Shown here piece by piece: positions 13,082 to 25,149 of a stretch of DNA of 64,000 bases (positions within the stretch are counted from its first letter, which is position 1; each line of letters opens with the position of its first letter). The stretch is taken from assembly GCA_002269645.1 (NCBI GenBank), contig NIVC01000536.1:281875-345874 (forward strand), written 5' to 3'. This DNA comes from Macrostomum lignano. Its lineage: Eukaryota. The notes under the pieces are model-generated. The model worked only from the letters and a program-made list of their open reading frames with translations, was not told where the DNA came from and did not search any database. Both the position numbers and the translations under genes were made by a program.

Positions 13082-13394
13082 CACATAATTTGAATTGAAA
13101 ACGCATCTCTCGAGCATGGTAGGACCTCCGGGCGAAGATCGGCAAATCGCGTAGGACAAAGTAAATAAATTGTAATTCACTAGCTTAGCATTGGCTGGAT
13201 TGAGCAGGGCGGTGGCAATGTCCGGGCCAAGCTGCTCAGAGGTGACGCAGAGCGGCCAGCGGCGACATTCGAAATGGAAAGTCTCCGGCGGCTGAGACGC
13301 AGAGCTTTCATTTTTCGTCGGTTCGGCTGAGCGTTGGCGAAGTAATAGGGATGAAATAATAAATATTTTTAATAATAGAAACTTCAAAACTTTC

Positions 13395-13513
13395 AGATGA
13401 CGAGGGCACATATACCTAAGATATTTACCTAATCGACTAATAAGATACGGAAGCATTTATAACTTCAATAAAGTGCATAGTTTCTCCAACCGTTTACCCT
13501 ATCTACTAATAAG
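13395..13513 (-). repeat. Second array of 28S-rDNA-like bipartite units
   Basis: Remnant CTTATTAGT (13513-13505), linker AGATAG, full unit 13498-13436 (19/22 and 18/23, 18-nt spacer), linker CGATTA, and a shortened unit 13429-13395. Confidence 0.75.
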
Positions 13514-13522
13514 TTTTAGGGT

Positions 13523-13762
13523 GGCGCCAGCACCAGAGGCGCCAGCACCAGAGGCGCCAGCACCAGAGGCGCCAGCACCAGAGGCGCCAGCACCAGAGGC
13601 GCCAGCACCAGAGGCGCCAGCACCAGAGGCGCCAGCACCAGAGGCGCCAGCACCAGAGGCGCCAGCACCAGAGGCGCCAGCACCAGAGGCGCCAGCACCA
13701 GAGGCGCCAGCACCAGAGGCGCCAGCACCAGAGGCGCCAGCACCAGAGGCGCCAGCACCAGA
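13523..13762. repeat. Perfect 15-bp repeat (GGCGCCAGCACCAGA) x16
   Basis: 240 bp with no mismatches. Confidence 0.97.
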
Positions 13763-14929
13763 AGCTATTATTACTATTCCAAAGTTCAATATTGCTTGCA
13801 TATGCCGTACAGTAGCACTTGCCCACTTTAAAACCGGGGCTAAAGTCAGAGGGGGGTCGGATACGGTGAGAATGGTCTCATTCTCATTGTCTTACTTGGC
13901 AGCCTGCCTGTCTCCCTCGCCTCATAGTAAAAGAGCAGGCAGAGCAGACTGACAACAGACTGACAATATACACTTCCTAAACAGTGGAAGCAGTCGCAAA
14001 CAAGCACTTGGCAAGTTTTTATACTCTAAAAGCAAAGAATAATAGATATTATAAGCTTACCTCGACAGGCACACGCCAGCAATAGCAGAAATACTTGAAA
14101 CGGCAGCAGAAGCAGCAACGCACTGCTTTGCTTTCGGTTGACAATAATTTGATTATGATTATTACTGCAGCTCATAGCTGAGCGGAAACACCAACTATCA
14201 GTTGAAGATCTTTAACAGACGACTGTAAAGAATATAATTATGAGTAGGCATGACAACAGTCCAGTTCTGCATAAATAAATACTCGCACCATAATATCTTA
14301 ATTGCAGTCTGCAGTCAGCAGCCACACCAAATTCCGAGATCCAGAGGCTTATAAGATTAGTTCGCCACTGTTGTTATTGTTGGCAGGAGAGGGATAAGGG
14401 ATAATTCTCCTGACCAATTGAAGTATTCCCTCCTGCCTGCCCGCCCCACAAGTCTGAGTCACTGCTTCTATTAGAGTGGGAGAGCGCGGGGTAAGCGAGA
14501 GGCGCAGGAAACCCAGGGGGAGAGGGGAAGAGAGGTAAGCATTGGACAGTGCAGAACTTTTCACACGGCGATTGGGGCTGGCCTTGACAGGACAGGAGAG
14601 AGAAGAGGACAGGAGAAAAAGATGCCGGGTGTTGCCATACAAGGTAGCTTTTTTGGGATTCTTAGTGGCGGGCGCCGCCCATTCAGTCATTAGCTAAGGG
14701 GGGAGGGAAGCTATGGATGATGACGCGTGTACAGGAGAGACTGATGCACCCCACCCCTCATGACGCGGCTGATTAAAGCACTCGGGGCTGAGGGAATTAG
14801 AGGGGTGTGAAACGTATGGAAATCTGACTTTCTAGTGAGAAAACTGTGGCCTGTGGGTTTAGTCACCTTTAGAATGAGACCAAGTTCTTATAAGATTGGT
14901 TCAGCTAAAAATAATTTTACCTGGGGTTA

Positions 14930-15215
14930 AATATTTAATCCCTCAGGTGAGATTGCAGCTCCAATTTAATCCCTCAGATGAGATTTGTAGCTCCACTTTA
15001 ACCCCTCAGATGAGATTGTAGCTCCAATTAACCCCTCAGGTGAGATTGTAGTTCCAATTTAACCCCTCAGGTGAGATTTTAGCTCCAATTTAACCCCTCA
15101 GGTGAGATTTGTAGCTCCAATTTAACCCCTCAGATGAGATTGTAGCTCCAATTTAACGCCTCAGGTGAGATTGTAGCTCCAATTTAACCCCACAGAGATG
15201 AGATTGTAGCTCCAA
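14930..15215. repeat. ~31-bp minisatellite (AACCCCTCAGRTGAGATTGTAGCTCCAATTT)n
   Basis: Direct inspection. Confidence 0.9.
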
Positions 15216-15999
15216 GACGAGATTCAAGCTTTTAAAGTGGCGTTCCTTTCACTGGTTTTGTTGGAAATTTTGCAAAAAGAAAATAGCTCCATGGGCCATG
15301 TAAGGGATTTTGCTAGGTATTCCACAGTCTACGAGTAGCTGAGGCTCTCTCAGGTAGAAACAAGGCACCAACCAACAGCGTCTGGCTAGACATGGCGCTC
15401 CCACTTCATTTACTCCGACAGATCCCAATTTGCCGGCCGGTGGTGGGGGAGGAAAAGCGAAGAAGACCGCTGCACCAGGGAGGGAAAATGCACGAAAGCG
15501 GGCAAGAAGCAAGCAAATTGGTTTTGGCTTTGCTGGGACTAAAAGAAACTCTGGCGTAGGGGAAGGAGCAGGCAGGAGCGGTCAGTGGCTGTGCTGGTGC
15601 TGCGGCCCTCCAATCTGATAGTGTAATGCCTTAATGCTAAGCCAGCCAGCAATCTGGAATAGCCGGCATGGTTAAGGAGACGGGGAGAGGGGGGTTGGGA
15701 AAGATGGAGAAGAAAAGGAGGCAAAGGATGGGCGATAAGGTCAGCTGGGGAGCCGGGCACACGAAGCAATGGCAGGTTTGCGTCATGCGAGCTTGATGGA
15801 TTGGGGGGGGGGCATCAGGCCAGCGAACAAGTTGAAGAGGAGCCGAGGGGTTCGATTTGAAGCAAGTGGAAGAGGAGGCACCGGATCGCCTCTTGCTGGC
15901 GGGGTCTCCTGGGAGCAGAAAACGATGCAACTTATCCTAGCTTGGCGGTCAAGCTGGGTAATTAAATTTGAGAAATTAGGTATGGCTACACTTTCCATG

Positions 16000-18600
16000 T
16001 TGGATTGAATGTTTATATGAAGGCTTTATTGTCAATGCTTATAGGGGGAATTGCTAAGATGCCAAGGCTGATAAGGGGAATTGTTGAGAGGTCAGAAAGT
16101 TTTTATTCCATTTATTATTGCCTACCCAACAAGGGGGCACTGATTGCTAGTTTATGACTAAAATATAAACAAGTATTTTCAGGAGGGTTGCAAAAATTTT
16201 GGCATAATACTTTTATTGATATATTGTCCTATAACTAACAATGAGGCAATCTTATCCATTCCATTGAGTCTAAAGTTATACAAGTATATAAATATTATAT
16301 ATATAAGCAGACACTCATATACATATTCACACTGGCCTTGAAATTTGAGCCACTAGTCTCTATGACTTAAAGGTTGGCGCTAAAAGGTATTAATCATATA
16401 TGTCCCAATTTTTAAACAAAATTCCCAAATTAATATGAATTGTATAGAATCATACTAGGGAGTCCCATGTTTATTGCTTAGCTAACTTTGCGCTCAAGAA
16501 AAGAATAATAATGGTCTCTTTTATCTATTCAATAATTTTAAAAGTGCATAGCAAAATAAATAACATAATTTATATATAGGAAATCACAACATAATTCACT
16601 AGTTGGCCATATTTTTGTATAATACAGTTTCCATACAAAAAATAGGAAATCAAGTTGAGCTTTTTGCCTTTGAGATAAAAAATTAAGAGATATAAAAAAT
16701 ATGCATTCCCAATCTATTTAATTACTACCTTATTCAATATTTAATAAGAACCATATATATAAGTCTATTTCAATAAATATATAGGTCAAACTTATTTAAA
16801 ATCATTTTAAACTTGTTTTAAGAATTGGACACATTATACAAGGTAATTTTCATAGAGAATTAAGATCATTCCATGAGAAATAGAGGCTAAAAATAGAAAA
16901 TCTTTACATTATAGTTGAACTAACAGAGCTATTGAAAATATAGTTTTTTAAAGAAATATCTATACATAAAAGCCTATTCATGAATCCCATGAATTAAATT
17001 GCTAAAAATATGAGTTTTATAGGATTTTTGTCTAAAATTAGCTAAAAAACAAGGCTAATTTTTAAGTGATCACAAGATTTCAGTTGATGATTAACTAACT
17101 AATTAACTTACAAAGATGAACACCAATTTTTGCCAAGCCATTTTTACAAAACAAAGACTAGTGCTTAAATTAAGATTTATTGGACATGGCAATAGTCAGT
17201 ATCTGCTTTCCATTACCTATTGCATTGGAGTGTCAATGGTCAATTTAAGCTAATATAGATAATGAATTCTGATTTCTTATGATTGATATTTGAAACTGTG
17301 GCTCTCAGAACAATAGTGCATCATTTTATAGGTTGCCAAGTTTGATAATAGTTTGGAATCTGACACATTTATAAAGCCAAGCCAAAGCTGCTAGTTGCCA
17401 ATAGAAAAGAAGCACTACATGTGCTAATTGTAGATGAGGCTTTCTCATTTTGGGACTACTTGATAAGACCATATCTACCTAAGTGACAAGAAACAATGTT
17501 TAACTACAGACTTAGCAGAGCAAAAAATGACTGAAAAGGCATTTAGGATTCTTATACAAAAGTAGAAATTTTTTAATAGCCAATTTAGCTAAGTCCAACA
17601 ATAGTTATACAAGTGATAAAAGCAGTATGCTACTTAATTTTGTGCATATAAACAAGGTTTATTCCCATAATAGTGTCATTGCTAAAGAATTTTCATCACA
17701 ATAGCTTAAGTACCTTAGTTACTAGGAACATTATGGGCTAATATGGCAATGTTTCCCATTTGGCAAAGGAAATACAAGCCAGATCCACTGAATATTTCAT
17801 ACTGGAAAAGGGCACTTCATCTTGGCAAATGCAAAGCATTCATTGTGAATAAGAATATTTTGGCTATTAATGTTAATATTATGAACTGACCCTAATTAGA
17901 TAGCTGATGGAGCATTTTGGTTTATAAAGCCATCTAACCTGATGATAAAAGTAGAATAGAATAAAAGATTTTGCTATATGCTTAGGTACAACCTAGTCCT
18001 AGGGATTCACCTGGCCATTTTATTGGCAATACAAGATTTATAAGTCACTATTAGATAGAATATTAGTGATATTAGACTGCTCTCAGTCTATTGTATTAGA
18101 AATTGTATTAGCCAATAGAAATAATTAGATAATTCCCAAGGTTGCACATGTATGTTTTGCTAATAAGACATGACAATAAGCTCTGAGTTGGAGTATGATA
18201 TATGGGTTGACATAGCCTAATAGATATATTTTTTATGTGCCAGTATTAGATCAGGAAAATCATACTTGATAGTAATATAGGCCTAACCTGGGTAATGATA
18301 GCTTATAAAGCTATGGCTTGAGATGTTGGTACCAGGGTAGAAGAGGATCAAACATCACTTTCCCAGGGACACTTGCCCTAGATAAAGAATTGGTAGCTTT
18401 GGTTGTAGTCTAATGGCAATGTCCCCCTTATTCTAATTCTAACTATGGCCAAGGAGTTTTAAATTTAGGGACTGTTTAATTAAAGTAGTTCTAATACATC
18501 ATATAGCCAAACAAAAGAGTAAATTTAAAATCACTCAAAGCAAATAATATTTTTGGTGCCAAAATGTATTATGTATACAATGTAATAATGATATATAAAT
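16000..18600. other. AT-rich, almost CpG-free block (probable mutationally decayed mobile-element fossil)
   Basis: Only 2 CpG counted by eye in 16021-18600, versus abundant CpG in the flanks. No intact ORF. Confidence 0.6.
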
Positions 18601-18604
18601 AATG

Positions 18605-19032
18605 GGCAATCCTGAAGATTCCCACGTTTAATTATTTTACACATTTTTATGCACATTTCAGCCACGGAATTATGGCAGGATGACTTCCAGCACCCCAGAC
18701 AATTGTGGATCCTCAAGTGGTTGAAGAGACCATTCACTGCATTTCCGTGACCCAAATAACCTAGACACTTACACAAATATGGTCGAGGGCATGTGGGCCC
18801 ACTGCAAGGCCAAATTCCAGGCCATGCATGGGACTTTGGATGCCCTTTTCGGCACATATCTACAAGAGTTCATGTGGCGCTGGGCCTTCCCAGACCATCA
18901 GTTTGGCAATATCCTATACTGGATTGGACACTATTACCCATGCCAGTAGTTTAACACTGACAGACTTTTTTGATTGGATTGCTTTAATTCCGTAAAATAA
19001 TTAAACGCGGGAATCTTCACTTCAGGATTGCC
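18605..19032 (+). mobile_element. Non-autonomous Merlin (IS1016/ISXO2-like) DNA transposon, 428 bp
   Basis: TIRs GGCAATCCTGAAG(TGAAG)ATTCCCRCGTTTAATTATTTTAC at 18605-18640 and 18992-19032. 8-bp TSD AAATAATG/GAATAATG. The internal frame DHSLHFRDPNNLDTYTNMVEGMWAHCKAKFQAMHGT..TYLQEFMWR matches the ISXO2-like transposase C-terminus (HS..F.DP...HTN.IEG.W...K....G....YL.EF.WR). Confidence 0.88.
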
Positions 19033-19209
19033 GAATAATGAAGTTAAATGAACTATATAATGATAGTTTTTTTGTTCACAAAAATACCAAAAGCTAAAAA
19101 ACTTTTAGGAAATAACTTTTTGAATTGTTTGATAAAACCCATTGCAGTTTTGGTTTATTTTGACATTTTATCTCTTAGAAATTGCAATTTAGGTTTAAAA
19201 AAATAAATA

Positions 19210-19604
19210 CGAAGAGCTTGCATGCACGGCAGCTGTTCACGTAAGCTCAGAATTGCGTGCATGGCGGCTATCTACCTAGTGCTTTATTTGCATGTATGCA
19301 GCCATCCACCTAGTGTTGTAATTGCGTGCATGGCAGCCGGCAATTGGCCAAGACTGGGGCCCTTAAATCCACGCATTGGCATTGGCAACCCTAATTAAAA
19401 AATATTTTGACTATATTGTTTTATAATGTTTTATCCCCCATACACCATGGACTGCAAATGTAATCTTAATTCATTGTTTTTTTTGTTACCTTGAATATTA
19501 ATTCGAATAGTATATGACTTACTGTATAAGCCTATAAGATATAGCTCTGCTGTGCACGCAATTCTGAGCTTACGCGAACGGCGGCCGTGCACGCAAGCTC
19601 TTCG
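19210..19604. mobile_element. MITE with ~55-bp TIRs and 9-bp TSD (Mutator-like by TSD length)
   Basis: TIRs begin CGAAGAGCTTGCRTGCACGGC...GTAAGCTCAGAATTGCGTGCA. An exact direct repeat AAATAAATA lies at 19201-19209 and 19605-19613. No ORF. Confidence 0.8.
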
Positions 19605-20550
19605 AAATAAATATAGTACAGATTTCTTGTATAGTTATATATATGCAATAAAACTTTGAACAACGTCTTTCATTGCAAAAATACAGAATTAACCATTTAA
19701 AAAATAATATTCATTTGAATTGGGAAGTAACACACAATCTTTGAAAAGGTGTTAAAAGGGAAATAACCATTTATATCCTGAGATTCTCAGTGAGAAACTT
19801 TGTGAGTTATTTCAAAAATAGTACTTTTGTTCTATACTATTAAATTAATTTGAATTAAGTTACTAAGCAAAAATTGATAGACGCTTTTATTAACAAAACA
19901 ATAAGGAAACAGCTTTGTTCAGAGGTGGCTTTGAGATGAATCAATCAATTAATAGAGATGCAAATGCAAATATTGATACTAGTGTTAGTCATCATCGAGT
20001 TCTAAAAATTAAATAATGGCGATAAAGCATTCAAAGAACAGAAACTTGAGATACAAGCTTATTATCAAAACAGATAAGAAATCTAAGTATAATGCTTTAA
20101 TACTGGCTACTGAGCCTGCATTTCAAATAAAGTTCACAAAACTGACTGCAGCTTATGTCTGTTAGTTATAACTATCACAAAATCACCACGGAGAAATCCC
20201 GTTCACATTAACTCTATCCGTTTAATGAGATGCTGAATATGATCCTTCGGCTGTTAAGTTATTTTTATTTAAAATTAAGTGCTTTAAAGATTATATCGTT
20301 ACTCAGATTTGCGTCTCATAATGTGTTTTATATACGGTTTGAGTGACGCGAGCAGGCTGAGTTTTCTTTGCGAGGATCTCAGTTTACCATAGACTTTCTT
20401 TTCAGAACATAATGAGAATGTAATAAATCTTAGATCATTTTCATGTTTATTTGTCCTGACAACTGTGATCAAATTCTGGCTGATTCTATAGAGAAAGACC
20501 AATACGCGCATAGAGAATAGTGTATTGTACTTTGTGGCTATTGGTGTAAA

Positions 20551-22186
20551 ATGGACGAAGGGCTTTTTCAGAACGTGCCCGAGGCACGTTTGCGAAGAAT
20601 TTTTGGACGCAGCTGCGGTCCCAGCAACTCTGGACTGACCGATGCAACAGCCGCCACAGCCAGTTCTGTCTCTAACGACACTAGCAAACTGCCAGCCACA
20701 CCATCGGAGGCTGCGACTGCGGACAAAATTGATCCGCTATTCCCATCACTGGACAAAGAGCTGCCGCAAGTTCGCAAGTCAACGACGCTATTCCGGCCTT
20801 CCTGGGATCCGCGCGAGCGCTGGCGCCAACTGCGTCCCAGCCAACCGTATTACGCGCCCCCGGAGAGCGACTTGCCGGCTCAATTCCGATACGAAGATTT
20901 GTCAATTTACGAGAAGTCGGAAACCATGGACATTCACGAGGACCGGCTGCTGAGATGGTTGCACGAACGGTTTGAGAGCAGCCTGGAGTTCAAGGCGGCT
21001 GCTGGCGATACAAACTTCCTTAATATCACCGGAAAGCAGGCAATCAAGCAGCAGGTCTTCACTGAGCTGCAGGTAAATTTTTCTGTACTGAGGGGTTGTC
21101 ATGGAGTTTACACTGTGACTGGTAGACACTGCATGGTATTGAGGTCACTTTATCGAATTACTTTTGCACCTCATCGTTAATCTTGGCATCAAGTAGCTCA
21201 CAGCTTCCTCTTAATTTCTTTCAATGCCAATTTGCAAAGTTTAGCTTAGTTTGTCATTCACTGGAAGACCATTTATTCACTAAAGTACATGCGCGAGTGT
21301 AATCATTCCTTTCACAAAAAATCTCAATGAAAGATTCTAGATGAGCAGCTGTCGGACCTCGGCTTGGACAGCGCGAATCCTGCGCTCATTGAGCGCCGCA
21401 GGCAGCTGGTTGAGCAGCAGCGAAAACCTCAGCAGGCGCCGCCGGTGTCACCCTCCAGCGGTCAGGGCACCAGCCAAAGTTCCAGACTGTCCTCGGCGAC
21501 CGTGTCAACGACAACTGCGGTGTCAGCATCGACTGCTACCGCTGCCGCTGCCGCCTGTGAGAATTCCCTCGTGTGATAAAGTGGACACCCCATGTGATGA
21601 AGTGGACACCCCATGTGTGATGAAGTGGACACCCCGTGTGATAAAGTGGACACCCCATGTGATGAAGTGGACATCCCGTGTGAAAAAAGGGGACACCCCG
21701 TGTGATAAAGTGGACACTCCAAACCCCCATCTCAAACTCCTTCCTCCAGCCGCCTCCATCAAGCTGTCTCCGCTGGACGAGCTCAACATGGAATTCGAGG
21801 AGGACGAAGATTTCGGCGCATTCGTCAGTCCCAGCCTCGCCGGCCGCGGCACGCAGACGACCCAGACGGTGGTGACGGTGCACGAGGCCGCCTGGCAGCA
21901 GCAGCCGCTGGAGCAGCCGGCCCGACGACCGAGGAAGCACCGCCACCTGGCCGTCAACTTTGCCGCCGGAGACGAGGCGACGGGCAGCGGCGGTGGCAGC
22001 GGCGGTGGCAGCGACACCATCGAGTGTGAGGTGGACATTCGGCCGAGCAGTTCTGACCGGCCAGCAGCAGCTCGAGGGCGCGGCCATCGGGTGCAGCATT
22101 TCGGCGACGCGGCGAGCCTTGAAAGCGGAGACTTTGCCAGCAAGAAGCCTTCGGGGCATCGGAACACCGCCGAGGAGTCCGTCTGA
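20551..22186 (+). CDS. Uncharacterised 393-aa protein, 3 exons, largely low-complexity or disordered
   Basis: Exons 20551-21072 (ATG; donor GTAAAT), 21334-21556 (donor GTGAGA) and 21750-22186 (acceptor ttcctccag; TGA). Phases are consistent (0, 1) and composition is GC-rich and coding-like. The exon-2 acceptor has a weak pyrimidine tract. No recognisable domain. Confidence 0.65.
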
Positions 22187-22309
22187 GCTGCCTGTCGCTA
22201 GAATTGAAACCGCTTCTGTCGTTTCTGGTTTCAGAAGTAAGACTACAGTCCTTTGCGAGCCGTGTGACTTTGTGTCTGTATGCTTTTATGCTTGTATATA
22301 ACTATTTGC

Positions 22310-23510
22310 CTGTGTTTGTCTTTTCTGTCTGATGTCTGTTTGTAGCTTTCTACTTGTCTGTATCTGTCTGTTTTCTGTGTATCTGTCTGTTTTGTCTGTA
22401 TCTGTCTGTTTTCTGTGTATCTGTCTGTTTTGTCTGTATCTGTCTGTTTTCTGTGTATCTGTCTGTTTTGTCTGTATCTGTCTGTTTTGTCTGTATCTGT
22501 CTGTTTTGTCTGTATCTGTCTGTTTTGTCTGTATCTGTCTGTTTTGTCTGTATCTGTCTGATGTCTGTTGGTAGCTTTCTACTTGTCTGTATCTGTCTGA
22601 TTTCTGTGTATCTGTCTGTTTTGTCTGTATCTGTCTGATGTCTGTTTGTAGCTTTCTACTTGTGTGTATCTGTCTGTTTTCTGTGTATCTGTCTGTTTTG
22701 TCTGTATCTGTCTGTTTTGTCTGTATCTGTCTGATGTCTGTTGGTGGCTTTCTACTTGTCTGTATCTGTCTGTTTTCTGTGTATCTGTCTGTTTTGTCTG
22801 TATCTGTCTGTTTTGTCTGTATCTGTCTGTTTTGTCTGTATCTGTCTGATGTCTGTTGGTAGCTTTCTACTTGTGTGTATCTGTCTGTTTTCTGTGTATC
22901 TGTCTGTTTTGTCTGTATCTGTCTGATGTCTGTTTGTAGCTTTCTACTTGGGTGTATCTGTCTGTTTTCTGTGTATCTGTCTGTTTTGTCTGTATCTGTC
23001 TGATGTCTGTTTGTAGCTTTCTACTTGTGTGTATCTGTCTGTTTTCTGTGTATCTGTCTGTTTTGTCTGTATCTGTCTGATGTCTGTTTGTAGCTTTCTA
23101 CTTGTGTGTATCTGTCTGTTTTCTGTGTATCTGTCTACTTTGTCTGTATCTGTCTGTTTTGTCTGCATCTGTCTGTTTTGTCTGTATCTGTCTGTTTTTT
23201 CTGTACCTGTCTGTTTTGTCTGTATCTGTCTGTACCTATCTGCATCTGTCTGTACCTATCTGTATCTGTCTGTACCTATCTGTATCTGTCTGTACCTATC
23301 CGTATCTGTTTGTGTCTGTCTGTATCTGTCTGTATCTGTCTTCATCTGTCTGTCTGTATGTCTGTTTTGACTGCATCTGTCTGTATCTTCTGTATCTGTC
23401 TGTACATGTATTTTCTGTATCTGTCTGTATCTTCTGTATCTGTCTGTATTTTCTGCATCTGTCTGCTTTGTCTGTATCTGTCTTCATCTGTCTGTCTGTA
23501 TGTCTGTTTT
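22310..23510. repeat. Compound TCTG-derived satellite
   Basis: Repeated TGTATCTGTCTGTTTTG units. Confidence 0.9.
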
Positions 23511-24019
23511 GTTTATTTCGTAGTCGTCTACTTGTCTGTGTCCACCAGTCTTTCTGTGTCTACAAGCCTGTTTTTCTGAGTGTCTCTACCCGTACCTGTC
23601 AGTTTAGCTGTAGTGGTCAACAACCTGTTTGCCAGCCAGTTGCAGATCCCAGGAAAAACCCTAACCCAGACAGTCGCCCCCAGCTAGTTTACTAAAGTGC
23701 CTCATTCACCTTACTCAACCTTAAATGACCTGTACTCAGAATTCTCACACATGCAAAAAAAAATATTTACTATTTAATTGCATCATTAACTCCTGCCCAT
23801 GTTATTGTGCTTTGCTCTCTCATATCTACCAGGCATTCTGTAACTGTATTTAGCAGCCACTAATGCACAGGGATTTGCTTCTAACATTTCACTTAAACAA
23901 AGTAAACTCGTTCAAAATCAAAAAGTTGCGTCACATCGATTTATAAAAATTGTTTATACAGAGGCTCTGACCCTCCAGTGAACCCTAAAACAGAATTGTA
24001 ATCTCTGACACATCTATAA

Positions 24020-24490
24020 AGACCCTGACACACACCTGTAATGACTCTGACACAAGACCCTGACACATCCTGTGATGACCCTGACACACACCTGTGATGA
24101 CCCTGAAACACGATGTAATGACCCTGACACACACCTGTGATGACCCTGAAACACACCTGTGATGACCCTGACACACACCTGTGATGACCCTGACACACAC
24201 CTGTAATGACCCTGACACACACCTGTGATGACCCTGACACACACCTGTAATGACCCTGACACACACCTGTAATGACCCTGACACACACCTGTGATGACCC
24301 TGACACACACCTGTGATGACCCTGACGCACACCTGTGATGACCCTGACACGCACCTGTAATGACCCTGACACACCTGTAATGACTCTGACATACGACTCT
24401 GACACATCCTGTAATGACCCTGACACACACCTGTGATGACCCTGACACACACCTGTGATGACCCTGACACACACCTGTAATGACTCTGAC
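24020..24490. repeat. ~22-bp minisatellite (GACCCTGACACACACCTGTRAT)n
   Basis: Direct inspection. Confidence 0.9.
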
Positions 24491-25149
24491 AAAGACCTAA
24501 TATTAACATAACGTCCCGACCCTTAAATTGGCAATCCAATAAAATCTATAATTAAACTTCGTCACACATTTTCGTATTATACTGTACTGAAATGCCTACT
24601 AACAGTAGACCAGTAGAAAATTGTATTTTAGAAACATTTGCAACGCGCTTTTGAATTTTGTACTGCGGTAGCTTAGTTTGAGGTCACTCCGAGGACACAA
24701 AGGGTAAATGAATTTTCTGTTTCAGCGTTGTGACCTCAAAATTTAATTGAGTTGCACTAGAAGCTTTGGACAGAAATATTGTCGCATTATTATTTCTAAA
24801 ACTTTTATTCCTAAAGCTCTAGAGATTTGGGAAGAAGACTAATAAAAGCACGGTGTTGGGCCATCTTTTTGGTGAAACTGTGCTCAAAATAACTTGATTA
24901 TTGAGCTTGATATTATCTAGCCACTACCTATTAGTGATCTAGAAGCATTCAAGCACTTAGATCGTGTGCCCTGCTGCTAGCTGGGTGCATCTGAGGTGAA
25001 GTTCACTGCATCCCTCAGCTTGTAGGATGCACGGTTGGTTAAGAAAACTAAAGCTTTGATAAACTCAAGCGTATGACAGCAAATTCGGTTGCATATGCGT
25101 CGAAGAAGATCTTATCTAACTTGTTTTTTTCATAGCTTAATGCGGCTGG

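Noticed and set aside
13473-13952. (APAPE)n Pro/Ala-rich ORF
   Set aside because: A perfect nucleotide repeat with no synonymous variation, a non-ATG start and non-coding-like flanks.
16000-18600. Fungal RIP or contaminant sequence
   Set aside because: CpA dinucleotides remain common and the block is contiguous with metazoan-type genes and elements; CpG loss alone explains the pattern.
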